From: a virus
Lineage: Duplodnaviria > Caudoviricetes
DNA: 30,623 bases
Strand: one strand, 5' to 3'
Virus record (IMG/VR): IMGVR_UViG_3300036830_000218
Location: 1-30,623 of that record
A program made the translations under genes and the position numbers. Positions 16,342-24,365 of the stretch are shown piece by piece. The notes under the pieces are model-generated. The model was not told the DNA's origin and searched no databases. It worked only from the letters and a program-made list of their open reading frames with translations. Each line of letters opens with the position of its first letter. Positions within the stretch are counted from its first letter, which is position 1.

Positions 16342-16734
16342 TCAGCCGCCGTTCACGAACTGCCCGACGGTGGCGCCACCGCGCTGCTCCAGGTGGGTGA
16401 CGCCGCTGGCGACGGACCCGCCGAGGCTGCCGCCGAGGGTCACGATCATCACCCCGAACGCGAAGGCGACGAACGGGGTCCGCTTCGGGTGCGTCTTGTT
16501 CTTCTTGTGAACCTCGTGGTAGAAGGCGATGGCCAGCGCCACGAGCAGCGGGAACCCGATCGAGACCCCCAGCAGGGACCAGTGCAGGACGCCCGTCAGG
16601 GACAGGATGAGGGCGGAAAGCCCGACCCCGGCGAAAAACAGGCACCAGCAGGCGAACCGGAATGCCTTCCGGTAGAAGAACCCCAGCAGGAGGCCCACGA
16701 TTAGCAGGGCCGCGCTGAATGACGTGATGGACAT
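16342..16734 (-). CDS. Multi-TM membrane protein (Spd-like)
   Basis: About 4 hydrophobic segments; GGAGGT RBS; transfer-region context. Confidence 0.65.
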   Translation of the reverse strand: MSITSFSAALLIVGLLLGFFYRKAFRFACWCLFFAGVGLSALILSLTGVLHWSLLGVSIGFPLLVALAIAFYHEVHKKNKTHPKRTPFVAFAFGVMIVTLGGSLGGSVASGVTHLEQRGGATVGQFVNGG

Positions 16735-16757
16735 TGCTTACCTCCGTCTCCTGACGG

Positions 16758-17267
16758 TCAGGCCACGGCCGCGATGATCACGGCCCCGGCGATGAGAAGG
16801 ACGAGCCCGATCCGGACGGGCCGGGCGAACAGCCATGCGAGGCCGTAGAGCAGCGCGACGACGGGGATGCCGACGCAGTACCCGTAGGCCCGGCCGGCGG
16901 CGCGGAGCCACTCGGCCTCGTGGTGGTCGGGCACCCATGCGGATGCCCGGTAGTAGGCGGCGATGTGGGCGATGGACGGCGGCTCGTCGGTGAGGACGGT
17001 GCCGGGCTGGGACATGGACTTGCGGGCCGACGCCGTGACCATCCCGGCCCAGTGGCGGAGGGTCACGGCGACGACGTCCCCGGCCGTGACCGTCAGGCCC
17101 GGCATCTGCGGGGTGTCAGCGGAAGCGTCAGCCTTGGCGTCAACGCTGGCGTCAGCCGGGGCGTCAGCGGGAGCGTCAGCCCCAGCGTCAGTCACCGGGG
17201 CGTCAGCAGCGTCGGCGTCCGGGCCGTCATCGGCCGGCGGGACAAGGCGCAGCGCGGGCTCGCTCAC
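16758..17267 (-). CDS. Membrane protein with ADAP repeats (Spd-like)
   Basis: Two C-terminal TM segments; GTGA coupling, GGGAGG RBS. Confidence 0.6.
   Translation of the reverse strand: MSEPALRLVPPADDGPDADAADAPVTDAGADAPADAPADASVDAKADASADTPQMPGLTVTAGDVVAVTLRHWAGMVTASARKSMSQPGTVLTDEPPSIAHIAAYYRASAWVPDHHEAEWLRAAGRAYGYCVGIPVVALLYGLAWLFARPVRIGLVLLIAGAVIIAAVA
17113..17207. repeat. 12-bp-period GCGTCAG array
   Basis: GCGTCAG at 17125, 17149, 17161, 17173, 17185 and 17200; one-mismatch copies at 17113 and 17137. Confidence 0.8.
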
Positions 17268-17626
17268 CTGGAGCCTCCCTTCGCGCCCGGGATCTGCCGG
17301 GCGATGTCGTGGAGCTGGGCACCGAGATCACGGCGCCATTTCTCGGCCCGGGCCGCGTCGAGGCGCTCCAGGTTCTTGAGCCGGGCGAGCACGTGATCCA
17401 GGCCCGACTTGAAGGCTTGCGCCCCGGTCTGTGCTGATTCCGAGGCGGCGGTGTGCCTGGCCGCGCTCCTCGCCGCCCGGGCCTGCTGTCGGCCGGGACG
17501 GGTAGGCTTCTCGCGCGCGCCCGCACTAGCAGGCGCCCCCGCTAGTGCTTGCGCAGGCGTTGGGGTCTCAGGTGAGGCTGGCTGCGAGGTGAACAGCGGC
17601 TCGCGTCCGCCGGTTACGGGTGTCAT
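17264..17626 (-). CDS. Hypothetical protein
   Basis: MTPVTGGREPLF...GAKGGSR; ATGA and GTGA overlaps with both neighbours. Confidence 0.6.
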   Translation of the reverse strand: MTPVTGGREPLFTSQPASPETPTPAQALAGAPASAGAREKPTRPGRQQARAARSAARHTAASESAQTGAQAFKSGLDHVLARLKNLERLDAARAEKWRRDLGAQLHDIARQIPGAKGGSR

Positions 17627-18477
17627 CGGGTCGCCTCCTCGGTCTCCTTGCGCCACTTGATCGCGTTCTGCCGGCCCAGGCTCGACGTGGACGGGTCCAG
17701 GCCGGCCGCGCGCATGAGGTCCGCGCCCGACGGCTGCCGGCCCTCTGTGGCCTCCCGGTCCCAGAAGGCGCGCATCACGTCCGTGGCACTCAGGCTCCCG
17801 TCCGCCGGCGCGATGGCCCCCGAAGGCGCCGCGCCGTTCGCGAGAGCAAGCCGCGGGGTGCCGGAGGTGACGCTTCCCGGCGGCAGGGTGACGATCTGGG
17901 CGTTGCGCCGGGCCAGTTCCGCCTGACGCTCCTCGCGCCGCCGGCGGCCAGCCTCGGCCTGACGCTCCTCTTCCTCCTGACGCTCGCGCTGGGCGGCCAG
18001 GGCGGCCTGACGCTGACGCTCGGCGGCCTCGGCAGCCTGACGCCTCGCCTCCGCGGCGAGGTGACGGCGGCCGTCCTCCGCGGCCCGGCGCTCCATGAGC
18101 GAGATGGCCAGAAGCAGGAACGCGCCGGGCACCAGGGCCACGATGACGCCCCACGTGTCGACCTGCGCGCCGGCGACGTTGCCCGCCAGGGTCAGCAGGA
18201 TCCCGCCGCACATGACCAGCGTCGGCCACGACGCCCAGCCCTTCCGCTTGCGCCCGATGCGGGCGTCACGCTGCCGCTCCCGGGCCGCCATGTAGACGCC
18301 GAGGTCCACGCTGACCGCGATGGCCGGCGCGAGGATGCCCCGCTGGCCGTGGCTCGCCGCCAGGTGCACCCAGTGGTCGAAGCTCCCGCCGAACGCGATG
18401 AGGGCCAGGACCAGCGGGACCCCGTTGTCGGCCAGGAAGGTCCAGAACCGCCCCGACCCCTCGTGCTCGCCCATCAC
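17623..18477 (-). CDS. DUF2637 (Spd-family) membrane protein with coiled coil and C-terminal HTH-like region
   Basis: AF.GSF.H...LA..HG....A..IAVSVD, L.GNV and VPG..LL...L.E motifs; E/R/Q coiled coil; PSGADL...AG C-terminus. Confidence 0.75.
   Translation of the reverse strand: MMGEHEGSGRFWTFLADNGVPLVLALIAFGGSFDHWVHLAASHGQRGILAPAIAVSVDLGVYMAARERQRDARIGRKRKGWASWPTLVMCGGILLTLAGNVAGAQVDTWGVIVALVPGAFLLLAISLMERRAAEDGRRHLAAEARRQAAEAAERQRQAALAAQRERQEEEERQAEAGRRRREERQAELARRNAQIVTLPPGSVTSGTPRLALANGAAPSGAIAPADGSLSATDVMRAFWDREATEGRQPSGADLMRAAGLDPSTSSLGRQNAIKWRKETEEATR
17923..18043. repeat. CTGACGC cluster (reverse complement of the 17.1-kb array unit)
   Basis: CTGACGC at 17923, 17959, 17977, 18007, 18013 and 18037. 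Confidence 0.7.
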
Positions 18478-18707
18478 GGGCCTCCCGCAATGGACAGGAG
18501 GCTGGCGTGAACCCCGACCGTGGCCAGGATCTCCCCGGCCGCCTCGTCGCCCAGGATGACCGCGGCCTTGTAGAACCGCGCGATCAGCCGCAGCCGGGCG
18601 TCGTCAAGCTCGGCGACGTCAGCGTCCATGGCGAGCTCGAACTCGGCGCGCTCGGACGGCGTGAAGCCGGCGGTGCTCATGACGACATCGGCTGCGGGGC
18701 GGCTCAT
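18474..18707 (-). CDS. Hypothetical protein
   Basis: MSRPAADVVMST...; coupled stop/start overlaps on both sides. Confidence 0.55.
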   Translation of the reverse strand: MSRPAADVVMSTAGFTPSERAEFELAMDADVAELDDARLRLIARFYKAAVILGDEAAGEILATVGVHASLLSIAGGP

Positions 18708-18805
18708 GGCTTCCGCCGCCCCGCGCGGTCGATCGACACGATGATGAGGGCGGCGACCAGTCCGGCACCGCCGAGGATGCCCATGATGCCTGCGAGGATG
18801 ATCAT
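18704..18805 (-). CDS. 33-aa single-TM peptide
   Basis: MIILAGIMGILGGAGLVAALIIVSIDRAGRRKP; ATGA overlaps at both ends. Confidence 0.6.
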   Translation of the reverse strand: MIILAGIMGILGGAGLVAALIIVSIDRAGRRKP

Positions 18806-18999
18806 GACCGGACCGCCTCGATTCCGTGGGACTCATGAGCCCAGGACTTGGGGCCGATCCAGCCCAGCCGGTCACTGTCGGTGCCGGGCTTGCCGCACGC
18901 CGAGCAGTTCAGGGTGCAGTCCAGGTGGACGACGCCGTCGTGGGGACGGTCACGGAGCGGCTCGTTGCAGTCCGGGCACAGCGGCAGGTCGGGGCTCAT
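18802..18999 (-). CDS. Small Zn-finger protein
   Basis: CPDC...HLDC..CSAC; ATGA coupling. Confidence 0.6.
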   Translation of the reverse strand: MSPDLPLCPDCNEPLRDRPHDGVVHLDCTLNCSACGKPGTDSDRLGWIGPKSWAHESHGIEAVRS

Positions 19000-19382
19000 G
19001 ACCGGGCTCCCTTCGTCACGGTGGGGCGGTTGCGGCGGATGGCCTCGCGGAGCGTCTGGCGCTTGACGCGGGTGCAGTCGAAGGCCAGGACGACCGCGGC
19101 CTGGGGCCAGGTCCCGATCCCGGCGTGCTCGCCGTCCGGGCCGGTCATGTCCTCCAGCAGGACCCGGGCGGGCTGGTCGTACACCGAGGGGTAGAAGTCG
19201 GCGACAACGCCGCCGCTGCCGTCGGGGAGCTGCACGCGCCAGCCGGTGCGCGGACGGGCACGGCCGAGGCGGTCAGCCAGCCGGTCCCATGTCTCGCTGG
19301 CGAGGGCGACCAGGCCGGCCCAGGCGAGGATGCCCGTGACCCATCCGGCGGTGCCGTGGAACAGGGTGACGGTGACGTTCAT
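18996..19382 (-). CDS. Hypothetical protein with N-terminal TM segment
   Basis: AAGGAG RBS; ATGA coupling. Confidence 0.55.
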   Translation of the reverse strand: MNVTVTLFHGTAGWVTGILAWAGLVALASETWDRLADRLGRARPRTGWRVQLPDGSGGVVADFYPSVYDQPARVLLEDMTGPDGEHAGIGTWPQAAVVLAFDCTRVKRQTLREAIRRNRPTVTKGARS

Positions 19383-19669
19383 GACTGCGCTCCTTCCTGG
19401 CTTGCGATCTGCTGGCTGTAGCCGTCCGAGTAGCCGTCGGCGTAGCCCTGTGCACGGTCGAGGGCGAGGGCATCGTCACGGTCGCTGGCGGGCCAGCGGG
19501 TCCAGTAGGCGGTCATCTCCATGTAGGCGTCCGCGTCGCCGCACCGGAACGCGTCCAGGTAGGCGTCGGCCGCTGCCCCCATGTCGGGCACGATGCCGGC
19601 CGTGGGGCACTGGTGGCCGGGCTTCCAGCGCAGGCCGCAGGAGGCGCAGGTGTTCGGGCGGGAGGTCAT
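19379..19669 (-). CDS. Hypothetical protein (CxxC...HxC)
   Basis: MTSRPNTCASCG...HQCP; GYADGYSDGY motif; ATGA coupling. Confidence 0.55.
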   Translation of the reverse strand: MTSRPNTCASCGLRWKPGHQCPTAGIVPDMGAAADAYLDAFRCGDADAYMEMTAYWTRWPASDRDDALALDRAQGYADGYSDGYSQQIASQEGAQS

Positions 19670-20010
19670 GACCTCGGCCCCGCTTCCAGCAGCTCCAACT
19701 CGGCGTTGACGGCAAACCGTGGGTGGAACGGCTCGGGGATGACCGACCCGTTCCACAGGTTGTTGGTCTCGATGTCCCGGCCGTCGCGGAAGCGGATGCG
19801 CCAGTGAGCGCCGCCGAACCCGCGGCTGGTGACGGGCAGCGAGGACATTGGCTCGGCGGCGTCGATCAGCCAGTACCAGGCCCGCTCGCCGCGGTGGTCG
19901 AGGGCGATCACGGCGCCGGGCTCGGCGGCCTTGGCGGCGAGGCTCGTCCAGTACTCCTGCTCGCGCTCCTCGCGGGAGCGCTGGCACTCGGCGGGGGAGA
20001 TAGTCCTCAT
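19666..20010 (-). CDS. Hypothetical phage protein
   Basis: RGFGGAHWRIRF.DG..IETNNLW.G..IP motif; GAGGTG RBS; ATGA coupling. Confidence 0.6.
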   Translation of the reverse strand: MRTISPAECQRSREEREQEYWTSLAAKAAEPGAVIALDHRGERAWYWLIDAAEPMSSLPVTSRGFGGAHWRIRFRDGRDIETNNLWNGSVIPEPFHPRFAVNAELELLEAGPRS

Positions 20011-20270
20011 GACGCCACCTCGATCGTGAAGGAGTCGACGAACTCGGCGGACGATCCGCCGTCGGCGTCGCGGACCCACAGGTCGCCGTACTTGGCATCC
20101 CCGGGTGCGTGCTCGCGGACATCGGCGTGAGTGGCGGTGAAGTGGCGGGCGAGGATGACCTGCCCCTTGCGGCAGGCGGCCTCAAGGCTGCGGGCGGTGA
20201 AGTACTCGGAGGCCAGGACCACGGCGTGCGGGCTGGCGTCCTGCATGATGTCGATGCGGTACTCGCTCAT
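20007..20270 (-). CDS. Hypothetical protein
   Basis: ATGA coupling on both sides. Confidence 0.55.
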   Translation of the reverse strand: MSEYRIDIMQDASPHAVVLASEYFTARSLEAACRKGQVILARHFTATHADVREHAPGDAKYGDLWVRDADGGSSAEFVDSFTIEVAS

Positions 20271-20563
20271 GACGCGCTCCGCGCGTAGAACACGGGCACC
20301 GTGTGCCAGCGGGCGAGCCGGCCGTCAGCCTTGATCTGCTGCTCGCCGGCCTCCAGCACCACCGGGAAGCCGACCTGCGATTCGGTGACCAGGGCCAGTT
20401 CCCCGGACCGGGCACTGCGCGGCAGGTCCGCGCCGTCGTACTCGGGGGGGTCGCCAGCCTCGTGGGCGGCGGCGGTGCGGAGTGCCCAGAAGCCTGGCTC
20501 GGTGCGCCCGATGAGCCATCCGGGAGTCCAGGACAGGACGTGGGTGATGTCGGAGGCGGTCAT
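20267..20563 (-). CDS. Hypothetical protein
   Basis: MTASDITHV...; GGAGG RBS, TAATG overlap. Confidence 0.55.
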   Translation of the reverse strand: MTASDITHVLSWTPGWLIGRTEPGFWALRTAAAHEAGDPPEYDGADLPRSARSGELALVTESQVGFPVVLEAGEQQIKADGRLARWHTVPVFYARSAS

Positions 20564-20775
20564 TACGGCCTCCGCCTGCCTCGCCGGCGAACCGGCCGTG
20601 GCGTGTCGAGGAGCGCGGAAAGCTGCGCCGCGACCGCGCCGGCTGCCGCTGAGGCTGCCTGGGCGTAGACCGCCCGCTGCCACTGCGCCAGCGACTCCTC
20701 GGTGATCTCGCCGAGGTTCAGGGGCGGGAGCGGCGGAACGGGCGGCGAGGGGAAGTCGAAGGTAGTGTTCGTCAC
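20563..20775 (-). CDS. Hypothetical protein
   Basis: GGAGG RBS before GTG. Confidence 0.5.
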   Translation of the reverse strand: MTNTTFDFPSPPVPPLPPLNLGEITEESLAQWQRAVYAQAASAAAGAVAAQLSALLDTPRPVRRRGRRRP

Positions 20776-20871
20776 GGCTGGTTCCTCCGGGAGAGACGGT
20801 GGTGCTGGCTACCTGGGCCGTCACAGCGTCGGAAGCGCTGGGGCGGCCTTCATGCGCGATGGGGGTCATGA

Positions 20872-21129
20872 CTAGGCCACCGCCCCGGCCTGCTGGCGCG
20901 ATGCGCGCCACTCGCGGGCGAACTGGCCGAGCGAGCCGGTGCGGCCGGCGGCCATCTGGTCAGCGACGAAGCGGACCTGGCCGGCGTAGAGCTTGCGAAC
21001 GCGGCGGGGGCGGCAGTAGTCGAGGTCGCCGTCGGAGAGGAGCTTGCCGATGGTGGAGACGCCGACGCCAAGCAGCGTGGCCGCAGCGCGCTGCGCCATG
21101 AACGTCTCCGCTGCACTTAGGTCGGACAC
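20872..21129 (-). CDS. Excisionase/Cro-like HTH protein
   Basis: AAATLLGVGVSTIGKLLSDGDL...RVRK (HTH_17-like); GAGGGAG RBS before GTG 21129; first gene of the leftward operon. Confidence 0.7.
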   Translation of the reverse strand: MSDLSAAETFMAQRAAATLLGVGVSTIGKLLSDGDLDYCRPRRVRKLYAGQVRFVADQMAAGRTGSLGQFAREWRASRQQAGAVA

Positions 21130-21169
21130 TTCTGCTCCCTCGTTCTCGGCCTGTTCTCCCGTGCTTGTC

Positions 21170-21303
21170 TGTACGTAGTTAAGCATACCCAACTAGTTGT
21201 CGTCAACGGCACTCCTGGCGGTCTTCTGAACCCCGGGCACCGTGCTTGGCCCGTCCGGTCACCCATAGGTGACTAGGCAGCCTGCGGGCCGTACCCTTGG
21301 CGC
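21170..21303. promoter_or_regulatory. Divergent promoter/operator region
   Basis: Leftward TTGACG and TATGCT boxes flank palindrome CAACTAGTTG (21190-21199); second palindrome GTCACC-cata-GGTGAC (21258-21273); rightward GTGACT-17-TACCCT lies 6 nt before the leaderless GntR ATG. Confidence 0.6.
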
Positions 21304-21732
21304 ATGTCAGACGTGCCGAAGTACAGGCAGATTGCCGCGAGCCTGCGCGACGACATCACGGCCGGGCACCTCAGGCCGGGCGACCAGATGCCCACCAAGG
21401 CGCGCCTGATGGCCGACACGGGCGTCGCCCTGGGGACGGTCGACCGGGCGCTCGCGGAGCTGCGCCAGGAAGGGCTCATCCGCTCCGAGCAGGGCCACGG
21501 CATATTCGTGGCCCGCGTGCCAGACCCCCCCGCTGACCTTCCCGGCCAGCTTGACGCGCTGCGCGGCGGCCTCGCCGACCTGCGCGGAGAGGTTGCCGGG
21601 CCGATGGTGGACCGGGTGGCCGCGCTGGAGGCAAACCTGATGGACCTGTACGCGAAGCTGGGCTTCGAGTATCCCCACGACGGTGCCGCTGAGGCTCAGG
21701 CCCCGAAGCGGCGAAGGGCGGCCGGGGCGTGA
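21304..21732 (+). CDS. GntR-family wHTH repressor (Kor-like) with coiled-coil C-terminus
   Basis: PKYRQIAASLRDDI..G.LRPGDQMPT...L....GVA.GTV.RAL..L..EGLI....G.G.FV. Confidence 0.9.
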   Translation: MSDVPKYRQIAASLRDDITAGHLRPGDQMPTKARLMADTGVALGTVDRALAELRQEGLIRSEQGHGIFVARVPDPPADLPGQLDALRGGLADLRGEVAGPMVDRVAALEANLMDLYAKLGFEYPHDGAAEAQAPKRRRAAGA

Positions 21733-22592
21733 GCGCCGGGGACGGCGAGGTCGTCAGCCTCGCCGCGCGAGCCGGATACCGCCCGAACCTCGGAGCCCTG
21801 GCACGCGGCCACGTCGCCACCGCACGGGCCAGGACCGGGCTGTCCCTGGCCGCGTTCGCCGCCCGGCTCGGGCCGCTGCTCGGCTGGGACACCGACGGCC
21901 CGACCGTGAGGCGGTGGGAGACCACCACCACGCCCCCTACTGACGTGACGTTCGCCGCGATGCTGCTGGCGCAGGACGCGCCCGGAGACGTGCTGACCGT
22001 GCCGCTGAGCGCCGACGCCGCGCCGAGGGCGGCGGTCATGTCCGCCATCGGGTCCGCGCTGGAGCTGGCCGGGGGCGTGCGGCCCTACGGCGACCGGGCG
22101 ATGGTCACCCGGGCCGAGTGGAACGACATCATCACCGGGTCGGCTGACCGGCTGTGGCTGTACGGCATGGCCGAGTTCGGGTACGCGAGCGACCCGGAGG
22201 TCCCCGGCATCCTCGCCGAGGCCGCGGCGGACGGGGCTGACGTGCGGGTCCTGCTGCTGGCCCCTGCCTACGCGGGCATCCCGCAGATCGAGGCCGACGA
22301 GGGCAGCCCGCCGGGCACGCTGGCCGCGCGGATCACCGCGTCGCTGGCCCGGTTCCGGGAGATGCAGCGGGCGGCGCCGGGAATCAGCATCCGGACCTAC
22401 GACGCGCACCCCACGCTCAGCGTGGTCCGCGGCGACGGGGAGATGCTCGTCACCCCGTACCTGCGGTTCTTCTCCGGGTCCGCGAGCCCGACGTGGCGCC
22501 TGGACGCGACAACGGGGGGGCGCATGTTCGCCAGGTACGAGAGGCACTTCATCGACGCGTGGGACCGGGCAGCGGAAGGGGCGGCGGCGTGA
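21729..22592 (+). CDS. XRE-like HTH fused to DUF5919 (PLD-like) domain
   Basis: ARARTGLSLAAFAARL....TVRRWE HTH; GADVRVLLL.P, IRTYDAHP, D.EMLVTPYL and F..YERHF...W motifs. Confidence 0.75.
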   Translation: MSAGDGEVVSLAARAGYRPNLGALARGHVATARARTGLSLAAFAARLGPLLGWDTDGPTVRRWETTTTPPTDVTFAAMLLAQDAPGDVLTVPLSADAAPRAAVMSAIGSALELAGGVRPYGDRAMVTRAEWNDIITGSADRLWLYGMAEFGYASDPEVPGILAEAAADGADVRVLLLAPAYAGIPQIEADEGSPPGTLAARITASLARFREMQRAAPGISIRTYDAHPTLSVVRGDGEMLVTPYLRFFSGSASPTWRLDATTGGRMFARYERHFIDAWDRAAEGAAA

Positions 22593-23167
22593 GCTCAGCA
22601 CCGGGGGGCGGCATGGAAGATGCCGAGCTTGCGCGCCGGGAGGTGCTGCTCGAGTCGCCGAAGCGGTTCGTCCGCGACGAGCTCGTCATGCCCGACGGCG
22701 AGCGGGTCGACTGGTTCTACGTGGACACCCCGCCGTCTGCCCTGGTGATTCCGGTGACGGCGGCGGGGAACCTGGTGATGGTCCGGCAGTACCGGTACAA
22801 CCTCCGGGAGCACGTGACGGAGTTCCCGGCGGGGATCATCGCTGACGGGGAGAAGCCGGCCGACGCCGCGGCGCGGGAGCTGGCCGAGGAGACGGGCTAC
22901 GCGCTGGAGCCGGGCGCGGTGCTGGAGCCGCTGGGGGCGTGGTACTCGCTGCCGTCGGAGACGACGAAGCGGACCCACGTGTTCCTGGCCCGGCCGGTGC
23001 GGCGGGTGGGCACCCCGGTCCTCGACACCGAGATCGAGCGGTACTTCGACATGTCCGTCGAGGAGATCCCGGTGGGCGAGGCGCAGGCGGCGCTGGGCAC
23101 GCGGATCACGGGGTTCGAGACGCTGGCCGCGCTGCTGATGGCGCGCGAGGCGCTGCACCGGCCCTAG
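22589..23167 (+). CDS. Nudix hydrolase
   Basis: Nudix box PAGIIADGEKPADAAARELAEETGY; VRQYRY; GTGA overlap at 22589 (alternative ATG 22613). Confidence 0.92.
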   Translation: MSSAPGGGMEDAELARREVLLESPKRFVRDELVMPDGERVDWFYVDTPPSALVIPVTAAGNLVMVRQYRYNLREHVTEFPAGIIADGEKPADAAARELAEETGYALEPGAVLEPLGAWYSLPSETTKRTHVFLARPVRRVGTPVLDTEIERYFDMSVEEIPVGEAQAALGTRITGFETLAALLMAREALHRP

Positions 23168-23451
23168 CGGCCGAGGTTCCGCCCGCGCTCCTCGGCGGTC
23201 CGCTCGGGCCGCGTCTCTCCCCACACCTTGGCCCCGCCGTGGATGACCCGGACGCCGAGCCGTCCCCGCTTCCCGTTGCCGCCGCAGGCCGTGCAGGAGC
23301 GCTGGGAGTACTTGTACAGCGCCCCCCAGTGCCGGCCCGTGCCCTTGCAGGGGCGGCAGCGTCGCCACGGGTGAAGGCGCAGCGAGATCAGGTAGGCGGC
23401 CAGCACGATGAGCGCGACGATGACGAGGTCCCCCATGCCGGCCATTGTCAC
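23164..23451 (-). CDS. Small membrane protein with DnaJ-like CxxCxGxG Zn finger
   Basis: TM helix, then HPWRRCRPCKGTG...CTACGGNG..RLG; convergent on the Nudix gene. Confidence 0.7.
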   Translation of the reverse strand: MTMAGMGDLVIVALIVLAAYLISLRLHPWRRCRPCKGTGRHWGALYKYSQRSCTACGGNGKRGRLGVRVIHGGAKVWGETRPERTAEERGRNLGR

Positions 23452-23486
23452 CCGTTACCTAGATCAACGGGGCGTGCTGACGTGAA

Positions 23487-23519
23487 AGGCCGCCTCGCAG
23501 CGAATTGACGAGGCGGCCT
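23487..23519 (-). terminator. Intrinsic terminator-like hairpin
   Basis: AGGCCGCCTCG-11 nt-CGAGGCGGCCT with a short T run on the minus strand, downstream of the nucleotidyltransferase gene. Confidence 0.6.
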
Positions 23520-23548
23520 CTGCATCCCGGCTGGGGACGTGGAGAAGG

Positions 23549-23968
23549 CTACCCGGGAGGTCCGACAGTCAGCGGCCAGTCCGGTGTGGCGTCGCCGCCG
23601 CCGGCGAAGGCGCGCTTCATCCCGAGCGGGTTGCGCATCTTGCCGTCGCCGCGGCCGTGTCGGGCGTTGGCGATCTCCGCGTCCTGGACCTGGAAGTCCA
23701 CCGGGAGGCCCGTGGCTGCCTTCAGCCATGCGCTGATGGCCGCGCACAGCAGTTCCCACCGTTCGCGCGTCGGGCACACCGCGGCGAACTCGGCGGGGTC
23801 GAGCAGAAGGCGGACGTCAACGTCGCGGTAGGCGGTCGCACCGCCGAGCCCGGCCGTGCCGACCAGGTAAGGCGGGTTGCCGTCGAATGCGCGGCGGATC
23901 AGGTCGCAGGCCGCGTCGAGGTTGAACATCTCGCTGGTGGTCAGCAGGTCCGACCTGCCGGGGCTCAT
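23549..23968 (-). CDS. Minimal nucleotidyltransferase (Pol-beta superfamily)-like protein
   Basis: PYLVGT.......YRDVDVRLLL and LPVDFQVQ (G[ST], DxD, third Asp). Confidence 0.7.
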   Translation of the reverse strand: MSPGRSDLLTTSEMFNLDAACDLIRRAFDGNPPYLVGTAGLGGATAYRDVDVRLLLDPAEFAAVCPTRERWELLCAAISAWLKAATGLPVDFQVQDAEIANARHGRGDGKMRNPLGMKRAFAGGGDATPDWPLTVGPPG

Positions 23969-24132
23969 GCTGCGCTCTCGTACTCGTACTCGGCGCGCAT
24001 GGTGCAGCCGTGGCCGCAGGATGCGGGAGTCCCGGCCATGTCCACGTACGGGCCGGCGGTGATGCTCCAGTGGCCGCAGTGCCAGCCGATCACCATGCGC
24101 GGCGGGGCGGGCCGCTGAGGGCCGTCGCTCAT
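23965..24132 (-). CDS. 55-aa Cys/His peptide
   Basis: MSDGPQRP...WHCGH...SCGHGC...; ATGA overlaps at both ends. Confidence 0.55.
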   Translation of the reverse strand: MSDGPQRPAPPRMVIGWHCGHWSITAGPYVDMAGTPASCGHGCTMRAEYEYESAA

Positions 24133-24365
24133 GCGGTCGCCAGCACGGCCGGGCGCCGCGCCACTTCCTTGTCAGCCTGGGCCGCCGCCGACTGCCTCAG
24201 CCGCTCGCTGGAGTTGAGCAGCAGGATGTGGCTGTAGCGGGAGAACCACTGGAGCTGGGCGTCGGCAGGCCACGACGGGTCGGGGGCACCGTGAGCGGCG
24301 GTGTCCCAGGGTTTGGGGTCGGCTTCGGCCGGGCGCGTGGCCTGGGACTTGTCGTCGTAGCTCAT
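24129..24365 (-). CDS. Hypothetical protein (leaderless)
   Basis: TAGAAT -10 (24377-24372) located 6 nt before ATG. Confidence 0.55.
   Translation of the reverse strand: MSYDDKSQATRPAEADPKPWDTAAHGAPDPSWPADAQLQWFSRYSHILLLNSSERLRQSAAAQADKEVARRPAVLATA

Noticed and set aside
16342-18805. Holin/lysis cassette interpretation of the membrane genes
   Set aside because: No endolysin nearby; the genes are embedded between DUF2637 and TraB-like genes.
351-21101. Numerous long plus-strand ORFs (e.g. 351..1448, 3864..4958, 5218..6354, 15297..16400)
   Set aside because: Antisense shadows of high-GC minus-strand genes, with no motifs or RBS.
20872-21129. Integration module implied by the excisionase-like gene
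   Set aside because: No tyrosine or serine recombinase, tRNA or att site was recognisable in the window.
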